The notes beneath the pieces are model-generated. The model made no database searches, had not been told where the DNA came from, and worked only from the letters and a program-made list of their open reading frames with translations. Below, in pieces: positions 10,701-17,485 of a DNA stretch of 20,000 nt. Made by a program: the position numbers and the translations under genes. This stretch comes from an uncultured virus (IMG/VR IMGVR_UViG_3300044627_004988). Lineage: Duplodnaviria; Heunggongvirae; Uroviricota; Caudoviricetes. Numbering within the stretch: position 1 is the stretch's first letter; every line of letters begins with the position of its first letter. The stretch lies in IMG/VR virus record IMGVR_UViG_3300044627_004988, one strand, 5' to 3'.

Positions 10701-11469
10701 TTGTTGCTGCACCAGCTAACTCTTGTGGTCCCAATATTGAAAGGGTGTTAAGAACAGATTGTTTAGCAAAGTCAGCAACAACGTCGACAGGGTTATACCA
10801 ATTGACTTTACTTTTTTGTTCGTTATCCCCAAACAGAGGGTCGATAAAACCTCTTTGAGTTACATACATTGCTGGGAGAGTGTAAGGTAGTCTTCTACCA
10901 AGGCCAACTAACCTTTGCTGTACCTCATCCCTATGAGCCCATATAGCAGCTGGTTCGCTAGTCAGCCCTCTAGCAGCGTCTCTAATCTCTTGCTGGGAAA
11001 AGTGCATCCCAAATCTTGTGTTCTTTAAGGCATCAGAATAACCTGTTGTAAGTCCACCTTCTGCTGTTTCTAAAACTAAGTTTTTATAAAAATAGTCAGG
11101 GTCAACACCTTCGCCTACGGACCTGGAAATACCCTGAAGGGTGTCCATGACCTTCCTAAGTTCGCCTACGCTTTCTACCAATCTAGTAGCGTGGCTTGTC
11201 CCTCCTGTGGCTCTTGTAGCTCTTGCGGCATCATCTATTGTCTTAGCTAGCTTTAGACCACCCTTTTTTACCAGCATTGCTGAAGCGCCAGTTGCGACAA
11301 CCGTAGCGATGTTTGTTGCTATAAATTTGGCAAAGGGGTGCCCATTAAGTCTTTTGGCTATAGCACCGGAGTTAGCACTTGGGCCCTCAGTTTCCCCCTC
11401 ATCGAGAGGTATGTCCCTTGATGTAACGCCATGCCCTAAGCTACTTAATGGGCCTTTATCACGTATCAA
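4747..11469 (-). CDS. Tape-measure-position giant virion protein (~2240 aa), tape measure/ejection protein-like
   Basis: Long ORF directly after two tail-assembly chaperones. Ala/Gly-rich, with hydrophobic segments (FIATNIATVVATGASAMLV; ALPIVAGASTLMAV; GPLLGATVLGALGSTFGV..IFASAVGTVTGGAAGAYG). The start is probably TTG at 11469, 6 nt after GGAGG (11476-11480), rather than the track's 11502. Confidence 0.65.
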   Translation of the reverse strand: MIRDKGPLSSLGHGVTSRDIPLDEGETEGPSANSGAIAKRLNGHPFAKFIATNIATVVATGASAMLVKKGGLKLAKTIDDAARATRATGGTSHATRLVESVGELRKVMDTLQGISRSVGEGVDPDYFYKNLVLETAEGGLTTGYSDALKNTRFGMHFSQQEIRDAARGLTSEPAAIWAHRDEVQQRLVGLGRRLPYTLPAMYVTQRGFIDPLFGDNEQKSKVNWYNPVDVVADFAKQSVLNTLSILGPQELAGAATSTAKRALSTKLYSSATTPFQEKLQRRFVDLNTILGEVGNDLVSITDKVIRGSTQFSGAFNRASIAARQDQPEQLQVFKSVRAGVREARERNAPFAQIAKEAFIGRNAEGPGQYGLIDAMPAMRGFRSGFSEFNSRFKIMGQGYDVVTKAITYDKAIAKTKGIQNKGSLGDDVADKLAKSSLGTAIEEIQNQHSSRLSNFASTVEGWMGGKNVYGSRFRKSGSEFYNKLVEKEFRSQVEKHLVNEGASEKGAKLFSTQVQVKNIPVAGKGKDISQIFSIGKDPIFKEGPDFFQELATRAATIKGLQPDSGLSGDVLERALKNANSQFANKEFQKNLTAKINSQWNTLYNENLIGHTQGLFKPQKQAYEAFAGKLSVDQKEYLQRQSADILGIKLLDTNGKRISNDIIKTQLARNGIDANNFSSLKAFLIQNKKMSGPSLSGGFNIFGLKQVGFDEARQKGFFDYLSERQKTILNDVNRQSAINDPISNSIGHSSIEGLYSSRSGKILDTTKLTGTIRSLGNFFASEFEIPIVHISPKSIFGLQQMQEMGKKSPLHFVPGGGVQPFGDMAKQTDADFFIYQTKRSFFRKTKGEVTAYSTDVEGVTTANKLQGYYRPINNLSEGLMARQARYASGLMNPEGEKNPIRSLISDFKEGRPLSLSKRIKSALDIAEDQPSSIPGLLSRFARRKTDIENPTVLASLLGSKTGKATIGKNELTLNTNRVFDAAGKAIEAETTFSVTDQAGKVIADHEQFVGAATRFFGQTNDFGFSQKVMKAVERANADLFKFGERQGAGTAGVKGLSDLYTAEQVVRFAQDLKRYDAGLKALPSNVRSSFSRIDQILQQGELLSSSMTGSRSPSITTRLDELKSELFKYLGQRNAALKGGSGTEPINAINDALLALRRSGQIGKSEFLEAQGAALSSLYNASSFAGYAAKNSTAKNAAAAITHTLDEVASSDSIAGLFRPFSTSDISLTTSTLRKPIANIVPFLRRSFGTADFNPSNKANVLGGNSSTVFVPTFGTVFNKNPFGAIASALGITTYNDPENFSNLSMFSGHMIERLNKNFGTLGIGLDVSKYKSPIDLFARGYVAKRALPIVAGASTLMAVDRTIGAYNQPKDANNERVYSPFFTGIAATGLMETQAAVSGIIPGGKSYQEKREELTTGDVPIRQGRYWPLGNTPFKGGKIQYYRPSWYQKFQAGAMFTSDTYGSPAEKALFYNDYSPLRPLDPYRFERKHYEDRPYPLTGEYFSGPFGPATSALNATIGKILKPQLRMHKEEVDAGLANYVRVGQSGAFDASGYVSNPNGAGQLFKDYGYTTSMGGVGYSGGSLGTGSSSVAATAYPEIIASNQSNSVAGNMLYQQNASYGAMAGSPLGTANRDITTRISNQNRMLTNASYGPPRQAGIVPPKIIPTGKPINYGSTGFQLSETGYRTQELAGIYGFMFSSAREGFGFGKGDLQPQRSVLQSASRAYGASRSFYDQNFGGMGDVPLPGQGPLGNIELSEITRRFIPKERNDIDYLNPIRNSMAEKYPFLPGPNYFTNFKTGDPYTKVPEGELRLPGVAYERFNTPISDETGRYGRATQLSILGDVAPYSPEYRSLNRSINSQINSPEERASIIETRKKVESITKRKEFDAYKYKYSSAEEMGMGGTQHTLLRAGEYLSHRDTIFNTKFMPNKTAAEDYERTNVYGSSFPQWQDPIKSFISPMVYKATQRGPLLGATVLGALGSTFGVTPRAKIFASAVGTVTGGAAGAYGSISERITGDRFIPKDRKKQMALEEYTDILTYTKNMSLYSQAQKAGDTEAANRFKQSASRTMYGADIYGDSIENLSLSVPKRKREHFKAMIGAPEEERERILSTAPRLERRIFQAAWGMDVEKKPDLVDYFSKHELPDAGSEVWHPNTNMEHVKIKIGQNMGVDLSQMGYYPQQLKEANLVNPSYPSFNQSSSQDSVLEKLKRMMLDNGLTGSVSPVYTPYASNSIDMSVGVR

Positions 11470-11486
11470 AACTTTCCTCCGTTGTG

Positions 11487-12116
11487 TTACTTCATTCCCC
11501 AAAGTTTTTGTGCAATTGGATCCTCGTAATCAGCAGCGCCTTCTAGCTTGGAAGCATTGTGTCTCGCTGCGGATTGCTTAGCTTTATTTACTTCTTCTTC
11601 TGGGTCTATTAATTGCAACTTAAGATCATTTGGTTGTATCGAATGCATTGCTTGTGTTATCTCTATAATTTTTTCAGACAATGCAACTTTATCAGCTAAC
11701 TGAGAGTACGTCATATTATCAAGATCTTCGGGCTTGTATGTACTTATAGTAGCGAGAACAAAGGCCTTCATTAAAGTTCTTACTTGTCCTGATTCAGCTC
11801 TTTTTTCTTCTAGGATATTTTTTGCAGTCTTTGCGCTATTGAACCCTGAAATATCAAGAATCTGAGTAGCTAATGTTGAAACAATTCCTGCTGGAAGCTT
11901 GTCTACATTAAAGTTTTCAGGATAAACTACAGCCGTCGTTATAATTGAATCTTCTGAATCAATAGAAGATCCACCGTCTAAATCCTGGTAGGCAATGATG
12001 TCATCAAACTCAGAAAAAGTTAGCTCTCTAAAGAATACAGTTTGGCCTTTAATTTCTGTTGAAAATATTGGACCGTACTTTTTTCTAATTTCTACAATCT
12101 CTTTAGGTTCAAGCAT
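11487..12116 (-). CDS. Tail assembly chaperone-like protein 2 (longer paralog)
   Basis: 209 aa, acidic, located between the tube genes and the tape-measure-like gene. The N-terminal ~95 aa aligns by eye with the upstream 166-aa protein (RKKYGPIF..VFFRELTFSEF..EDSI...VVYP..PAGIVSTLATQILDISGF). Confidence 0.6.
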   Translation of the reverse strand: MLEPKEIVEIRKKYGPIFSTEIKGQTVFFRELTFSEFDDIIAYQDLDGGSSIDSEDSIITTAVVYPENFNVDKLPAGIVSTLATQILDISGFNSAKTAKNILEEKRAESGQVRTLMKAFVLATISTYKPEDLDNMTYSQLADKVALSEKIIEITQAMHSIQPNDLKLQLIDPEEEVNKAKQSAARHNASKLEGAADYEDPIAQKLWGMK

Positions 12117-12123
12117 TTTAAAA

Positions 12124-12624
12124 TTATAATTGACGAACCTCTAGAGCGACAAAGCCTGAAGCTTCTAGGACTTCCTGGGAGATTAGAGAGGGCATTCCGG
12201 CCATTTCCTTGGTGATCGCTGCCTTGTCAAATGAAGGGAACAGGATGCATATTTCAGCAATTGATTCTTCGTTCCACATGTTTGCTTCTGCAGATGACAG
12301 TTGGCCAGCAGCGACGAGCTGCTCCATCTTCTTAACCAAGTGCTTGTACTCTATTCTGGTTAAAGTTCTCCATACTATATGCTTTTCAAAAGACAAGGAA
12401 GTAACGTATACTTCGCCATGCTCTTTCTTCCAAATTTTAATTAAACCTGCTGTTGGTCCACCTGGCCAAATCTCTTCGTCATCAGGAAGATCTTCAACCT
12501 CTTTGTTTTCTTCTTCTTCTAAATCCGAAAAATCATCTTGTTCCATAACCATCGCGTCGTCTTCAAGCATCTCTGCTGGAATCTGATCATTTGGTTCAAC
12601 TGAAACTTTTCTTTGGTTTGCCAT
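12124..12624 (-). CDS. Tail assembly chaperone-like protein 1
   Basis: Likely start is MANQRK at 12624, with an AGGAG SD upstream. Acidic N-terminus followed by WKKEHGEVY..IVWRTLTRIEYK, typical of myophage tail chaperones. Canonical position. Confidence 0.65.
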   Translation of the reverse strand: MANQRKVSVEPNDQIPAEMLEDDAMVMEQDDFSDLEEEENKEVEDLPDDEEIWPGGPTAGLIKIWKKEHGEVYVTSLSFEKHIVWRTLTRIEYKHLVKKMEQLVAAGQLSSAEANMWNEESIAEICILFPSFDKAAITKEMAGMPSLISQEVLEASGFVALEVRQL

Positions 12625-12665
12625 TATCTTTTCTCCTGTCATAGACATTTGTTTTATATTCTATC

Positions 12666-12695
12666 ATCATACCACACTAATTGTATCATTATCTA
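12666..12695 (-). promoter_or_regulatory. Putative extended -10 promoter (TG-G-TATGAT; possible -35 TAGATA) ahead of the chaperone/tape-measure/RNAP genes
   Basis: Minus strand reads TAGATA-18 nt-TATGAT with TG at the extended -10 position, in one of the few real intergenic gaps. Confidence 0.35.
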
Positions 12696-13763
12696 ACCAA
12701 AAAATGGGTTATTTCCTCTTTCGGTGCTTCCGTTTAAACCAGAACCAGTTCCGCTAGTATGGGTGTTTGGAGTCGCCTGGTTTGCCCCACCATTTGCGTT
12801 GACTCCAGTTGGGTCTTGAACTATGTTTTGCAGTGGATTGCTTGATCCATCAGCAGCCGTGTAGTAAATGTCTCTTGCTATAAACTCGTAGCCTTCTTGC
12901 AAGGGCGCACCGCTTGTGTCATAGCCAGTAGACATGCTCAGCAATTGTACATTTTGTAAAACAATTTTCATTGGAGTTACTTGATTACTTATCTTAGTTA
13001 ACCTGGTATTGTAATCTGTAGAAAGTAGTCTATCATGGTTGTCAGGCGGGTTTGCGTTGTTAGGAGCTTGCGTTGCACCTTTGTTAACTAAACCGTTTTC
13101 TTGAATACCATATATAATTATTATATTGAAAGGTGGATGCGCGCTAAAGATATGCTTATCGTCTGATGGAGAATTAGCAACTTTTGCTGGGTCGTATGTA
13201 ATTCTGTCTAATTGGCTTCTTGCCCAGTACTTTAATATATTTGCTTCATCTTCTGCGCTTTCTCCAGAAGAAGAAAGAACAGATATAACATTTGCTTTAT
13301 CAGCTGATACTCTCTTACCAACGCTTTCCGATCTGACTCTTGCAGCCTTTTCTAAAAGATCAGTCATTCTTCTTGGGTACCTAGAGTACACAGCAAGGTT
13401 GCCTGCTACGATTCTAGCACCATACATTATAGCATCGTAGTTGTAAGACCAAAAACCATACAACGGCTGCTTCTCTTGCTTGATAGAGAATGTCATACTA
13501 GAAATATCTAGCTCGTCGCCTGGATCAAACAATCCATCTATATAGACCTTAACGTCTTCTCCAGAAAAATAATAATCAAAATAATTACTAAAATTCCTAT
13601 CTTCTCTAGAAGTACCTGCCCATTTTAAATCAATGTCTTTGTCTAAAGGATCAAAAGAACTATCGGCAAAGGGAAAGCCTCTTTTTATGCCATTTCTAGA
13701 TATTACTCCGTCTGGTATATAACCACTAAAAGGCCTGTATGGACCCCTGTTATTTTCCGGCAT
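12693..13763 (-). CDS. Tail tube-like protein (tube initiator/baseplate-proximal paralog)
   Basis: 356 aa sharing YFSGEDV, FSIKQEKQPLYG..GARIVAGNL and PPFNI motifs with the major tube protein. Gly/Asn-rich low-complexity C-terminal tail. Confidence 0.65.
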   Translation of the reverse strand: MPENNRGPYRPFSGYIPDGVISRNGIKRGFPFADSSFDPLDKDIDLKWAGTSREDRNFSNYFDYYFSGEDVKVYIDGLFDPGDELDISSMTFSIKQEKQPLYGFWSYNYDAIMYGARIVAGNLAVYSRYPRRMTDLLEKAARVRSESVGKRVSADKANVISVLSSSGESAEDEANILKYWARSQLDRITYDPAKVANSPSDDKHIFSAHPPFNIIIIYGIQENGLVNKGATQAPNNANPPDNHDRLLSTDYNTRLTKISNQVTPMKIVLQNVQLLSMSTGYDTSGAPLQEGYEFIARDIYYTAADGSSNPLQNIVQDPTGVNANGGANQATPNTHTSGTGSGLNGSTERGNNPFFG

Positions 13764-13771
13764 TTGTCTTC

Positions 13772-14569
13772 CTAACTTAGAGGTATTGTTTTATCAATAA
13801 CGTTATGGTATTCTCTTGCTTTATCTCCAAAGAAGCCTTGAGATATTATAGCAGAGTTTACTCTCTTTTCAATTTCGTCAGGATAGGTGAAGCTATCGTC
13901 TGGGTCGTAATGGACAAGTGGCTGTATGCCTCTAGCCATATATGTATAAGTTTGTTCTGTAATAAGGTCATCTACAGACATTGTTTGTCCTTCGTCGATT
14001 ATAGTCAAACCAAATATTTTCATTTTTCCATACAAACCATGTTCGTTAAAGAACGTTAATACTATATCAAAAGGTGGAAGCATGTCTGCTAAAGGAGAAT
14101 ACCCCAGCATAGAAAGCTTTCTTTTAAATTGCTTTATTCTATAGAAAGCATACTCGTTAAATACTGTAAATATTAATGACCCAGCAATTGTTCTAGGGCC
14201 CTTTACAAAACCTCTTGGGTTGACGTGTCCCAATGTTCTAACTGGCGTGTTCTCTCTATGCATCGAGTAAGATATTGTTTGGAGTTCAGCTAACTCTATG
14301 ACGTCGCCTTGATTATTTAGATTGCCATCTTCTGCCATATCCGGTATGACCATGGTGGCTGATATATCCACGCCAGCAAACGACATATTTGAAAATGGAT
14401 CTGGAAGATTCTTTTCTCTTCTATACTTTTTAACGCTGTCTTCGTAAAGACTGTCTCTTGTAGTTTTGTTTATTTGAGCTATATCTATTTGAGATGGTAT
14501 AGTTATACCGCTAGTGTATTGCTCAAGTGGCCTGAATGACCCAGTATTCGGGATTGGTACTTGCGGCAT
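13772..14569 (-). CDS. Tail tube-like protein (second paralog)
   Basis: 265 aa with SFAGVDI, ISYSMHRENTPVRTLG..PRGFVKGPRTIAGSLIFTVF, PPFDI and EGQTMSVDDLITE, clearly homologous to the adjacent tube gene. AAGGAG SD. Confidence 0.7.
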   Translation of the reverse strand: MPQVPIPNTGSFRPLEQYTSGITIPSQIDIAQINKTTRDSLYEDSVKKYRREKNLPDPFSNMSFAGVDISATMVIPDMAEDGNLNNQGDVIELAELQTISYSMHRENTPVRTLGHVNPRGFVKGPRTIAGSLIFTVFNEYAFYRIKQFKRKLSMLGYSPLADMLPPFDIVLTFFNEHGLYGKMKIFGLTIIDEGQTMSVDDLITEQTYTYMARGIQPLVHYDPDDSFTYPDEIEKRVNSAIISQGFFGDKAREYHNVIDKTIPLS

Positions 14570-14586
14570 TGTATTTGTTTCTCCTT

Positions 14587-14631
14587 AAGAAAAGGGGCAA
14601 GCGCAGAGAGCGTACTCCCTACACTTGCCCC
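14587..14631 (-). terminator. Intrinsic terminator/attenuator hairpin after the tail tube gene
   Basis: Minus strand GGGGCAAGTGTAGGGAG-TACG-CTCTCTGCGCTTGCCCC-TTTTCTT forms a 17-bp stem with three G-U pairs (fully paired only on the minus-strand RNA), a UACG loop and a U-tract. Confidence 0.8.
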
Positions 14632-14667
14632 AAACTATTCTTAAACAACTAAGAAGTTGTATTAGTG

Positions 14668-15357
14668 CTATGGTCTAATGATATCAGGGTTAAGCTTCGA
14701 TTGCTTAACTGCGTCCTTTGAAATTATATCACCAAGATTTTCCGAATTCATCCTGAATAACTGGTCATTCGCAATCTTGTACATAGGGCCAAGTTCTCTA
14801 GCGACATATGTCATAGTTTCTTCTATAACTATATCGTCCATCGATGCACCAGAGCCTTCGTTAAGAAGTTCGCAACCATAGATTGATCTTGCAGCTGCCT
14901 GACCATATTCGTTAACAAAAGTAATTGTTATGTCGAAAGGTGGTATTTGGTCTGCGTAGAATGGAACCTTGCTTGTTACGTCTCTTGTCTGATCTGTAAA
15001 TTCTGCAATGCCTCTTCTATGGTTAGTGTCTCCAGGAAGAGTGTTATGGGCTCTTGTGAAGAACTTCATCTCGTCTGGTGTGTTGTGGTGCTTATCAAGC
15101 ATGGTGTACAGTGCTGGTCTGTCAAAAACTGTAAAGATTAATGATCCAGCGATACCACGTTTTCCTCTAGAAAAAGATCTAGGGTTTGGTGAACCCATGG
15201 TATAAATTGGTGCCTTTTCTCTGGTGACAGAAAAAGTTATGCCCGAAAGCGCACCTATTTCAATTCCACCAAATGTTGCTACAATGTCAGCTCCAGAAAA
15301 AGTAGTATAAGTATTCAGATACTTATTAACTGGACTGTCGTAATATTCTCCTGCCAT
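14668..15357 (-). CDS. Major tail tube protein
   Basis: 229 aa immediately after the sheath, with a strong GGAGG SD and a terminator behind it. FSGADIVATFGG..ITFSVTREKAPIYTMGSPNPRSFSRGKRGIAGSL resembles tube proteins of large myophages. Confidence 0.8.
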   Translation of the reverse strand: MAGEYYDSPVNKYLNTYTTFSGADIVATFGGIEIGALSGITFSVTREKAPIYTMGSPNPRSFSRGKRGIAGSLIFTVFDRPALYTMLDKHHNTPDEMKFFTRAHNTLPGDTNHRRGIAEFTDQTRDVTSKVPFYADQIPPFDITITFVNEYGQAAARSIYGCELLNEGSGASMDDIVIEETMTYVARELGPMYKIANDQLFRMNSENLGDIISKDAVKQSKLNPDIIRP

Positions 15358-15387
15358 TTGAACCCTCCGTGATTCTTATCGGTTATG

Positions 15388-16671
15388 TTAGGCTAAGTTT
15401 ACTGATAAACGCACTTCGATACTCTTTAGCTCGAAGGCTGGTGTTACTACAAGGTCGATTACCGCCTTATTCTCGTTCGCAATATACGAAACCGCAAAAT
15501 CTGCGTCGAGTAGGGCACCTAATTGCATCATTCCTCGTAGAGCTGATGTGACTGCAGTTTCCATTGAGTTTCTAACTTGAATGGTAGAAGCCTCTCCGAC
15601 GAACTTCTGGCATACTTGACGAACAAGCAAGGAGCACTCGCTTATTATTCTCATAGTAGAAATTCTAGTGTAGTCTGAAGTGTCTGCTGCAAAAGAAAGT
15701 CCTTCTGCAAAAATTGGAACTCTGTTAAAGTTTAACGCTACAGAGTTAATTCCCTTAGAACCAATAGATGCTTGCGCAACTCTTGATGGGTTATATCTCA
15801 TTGTCGTTATATTATAAAGTACTTTGTTAGATGGCGAAGTATAAGAAGCCAATCTTGTTAATGTACCAGCCAATGAAGCTGCTCCGTTTGAGTAACCCCA
15901 AGTTGAACTATAGCCTGTTGGGATAAGCTCGGAAGCAACAACGAACAAGTGCCTACCTGCTTCGGCAAGTCTGACATATATTATGTTACCAGCAGAGTCA
16001 GTTGTAGTAACAGCTATGTCCTGGTTCCTATCTGGAAGATTAGTCAAAGCCAAGTGGGTGCTGACAACTGATGGTGTCATAACTTCACTTGCTCCAAGAT
16101 AAGGCTTAATACCCATAACTGCGAAGCAAGGGTGTGAGTTCTGCGAAATGTCTGCGCATTTTCTAGCTACTCTTGTAGCCATAGAATTATTTACAGTTGC
16201 TGTGTCATCTGCGTAGAAGCCAAGAGTACCAGTATCTTCAGAAGGTGTAGCACCCCATTGTGTTGGGTGGCCACCACGACCCCAAGGGATAATGATATCT
16301 GGCAAAACTGATTCTGCTGCTTCAAATGCTGCGTCGAAAACGCTTGTGCTGCTTGAAGTAATGTCTGCAGTTACTGATGAAGTACCTGGAACAAAAACAG
16401 TGTTTGATGGCAGTGGAACCATATAGATTCTTTCTGCACCTGATGCAACTAATTCAATAAATGCACGATGCAAGTCTGAGTTACTGCCGAAAGCAGTTAT
16501 CGCATCTGCTTCGTTTGTCACTTGGACAGCGTCTAAATCTGGAACATTTCCAGTTCCAGCAGCGGTATTTCTTTTCGCTATTACAACTACTCTAGGTCCA
16601 ACCGGAAGGTCCGAGCGAGAAATGCTATAAAAGCGATCTTTGATTATTGTTTTTACACCTGGAATAGCCAT
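15388..16671 (-). CDS. Major tail sheath protein (compact, 427 aa)
   Basis: N-terminal MAIPGVKT and C-terminal YTRISTMRII..FVGE..VIDLVVTPAFELKSIEV are typical of contractile sheath termini. GGAGG SD; precedes the tube gene. Confidence 0.85.
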   Translation of the reverse strand: MAIPGVKTIIKDRFYSISRSDLPVGPRVVVIAKRNTAAGTGNVPDLDAVQVTNEADAITAFGSNSDLHRAFIELVASGAERIYMVPLPSNTVFVPGTSSVTADITSSSTSVFDAAFEAAESVLPDIIIPWGRGGHPTQWGATPSEDTGTLGFYADDTATVNNSMATRVARKCADISQNSHPCFAVMGIKPYLGASEVMTPSVVSTHLALTNLPDRNQDIAVTTTDSAGNIIYVRLAEAGRHLFVVASELIPTGYSSTWGYSNGAASLAGTLTRLASYTSPSNKVLYNITTMRYNPSRVAQASIGSKGINSVALNFNRVPIFAEGLSFAADTSDYTRISTMRIISECSLLVRQVCQKFVGEASTIQVRNSMETAVTSALRGMMQLGALLDADFAVSYIANENKAVIDLVVTPAFELKSIEVRLSVNLA

Positions 16672-16718
16672 TTAGCTTCAACCTCCAAAATTGATATTTA
16701 AAAATTAACTCATGGAGT

Positions 16719-16727
16719 ATAGTAACA
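16719..16727 (-). promoter_or_regulatory. Putative extended -10 element (TG-T-TACTAT) upstream of sheath-tube
   Basis: TGTTACTAT lies in an 80-nt AT-rich intergenic gap about 48 nt upstream of the sheath ATG. No good -35. Confidence 0.35.
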
Positions 16728-16751
16728 AGCAAGTTATAAAAACAAACTACA

Positions 16752-17483
16752 TTAATAAGATGGAGTACTAGATTGATATAGGTCTATTAAATTAACTTCT
16801 GTACCAGTATAGTCAGGAGTAGATTTTAAGGTATTTGACATTTCCGTAGCCATATAAGACCTTATGTCGAGTATGATCTTTTCAATCCTAGATATGGTTG
16901 TAGCCCAAAGTTTTTCAGTAGTCAACATATAGGTGACTGTTCTTTTACAAACATCTATAGAGTTCCTAGAAGACTTAGAGTCAGCCATTCTTCTTGAGTA
17001 TACAAACTCTGAAGCACCTAGTCTTTTAAAGACTGGAGTATGCTCCATCATGAAGTCTTCAAATACTTCAATTATTCTATCTGCTGCGTCTGCACCGCTG
17101 TACCCGGGGTTTTCATCGTCTGGTATATCAGCCTTATTGGCTCTAGTATAGACGTTAAACCCTACGACATTTTGAAACCTTTGACCGTATATGATCTCGT
17201 CGGCGTCTTTAGGCATGTGTCTAGTTCTTGGCTTTGGCTCTGAAGTATGGGTCCTCTTGAGTTCTAATGTATAAGTTATCATTGGATAGCTTGCGTACTG
17301 CCCGCCATCTTCTGGCTCAAGTGGTATTTGAGGATATGCGTTTTCCCATAGGGCTTTTACTAAAGCCATGAATTCAATATAACTTAAATTACCAGCCGCC
17401 TGAAGTGGATCGCCACTGTAAGACCTATTGGTTAAAATATCATTTTCGTTTAAGCCAGGCATTGAAAAAGAATTTTGTGGCAT
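16752..17483 (-). CDS. Tail completion/terminator-like protein
   Basis: 243 aa just upstream of the sheath. The beta-alpha-beta pattern (GQRFQNVVGFNVYT..ADRIIEVFEDFM..GASEFVYSRR) fits tail-terminator folds. GGAG SD lies inside the upstream gene. Confidence 0.55.
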   Translation of the reverse strand: MPQNSFSMPGLNENDILTNRSYSGDPLQAAGNLSYIEFMALVKALWENAYPQIPLEPEDGGQYASYPMITYTLELKRTHTSEPKPRTRHMPKDADEIIYGQRFQNVVGFNVYTRANKADIPDDENPGYSGADAADRIIEVFEDFMMEHTPVFKRLGASEFVYSRRMADSKSSRNSIDVCKRTVTYMLTTEKLWATTISRIEKIILDIRSYMATEMSNTLKSTPDYTGTEVNLIDLYQSSTPSY

Positions 17484-17485
17484 TG

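Noticed and set aside
12110..12130. TTTTAAA between the chaperone genes as a programmed frameshift site
   Set aside because: It lies after the TAA stop of the first gene, and the second gene has its own ATG and repeats the whole core domain.
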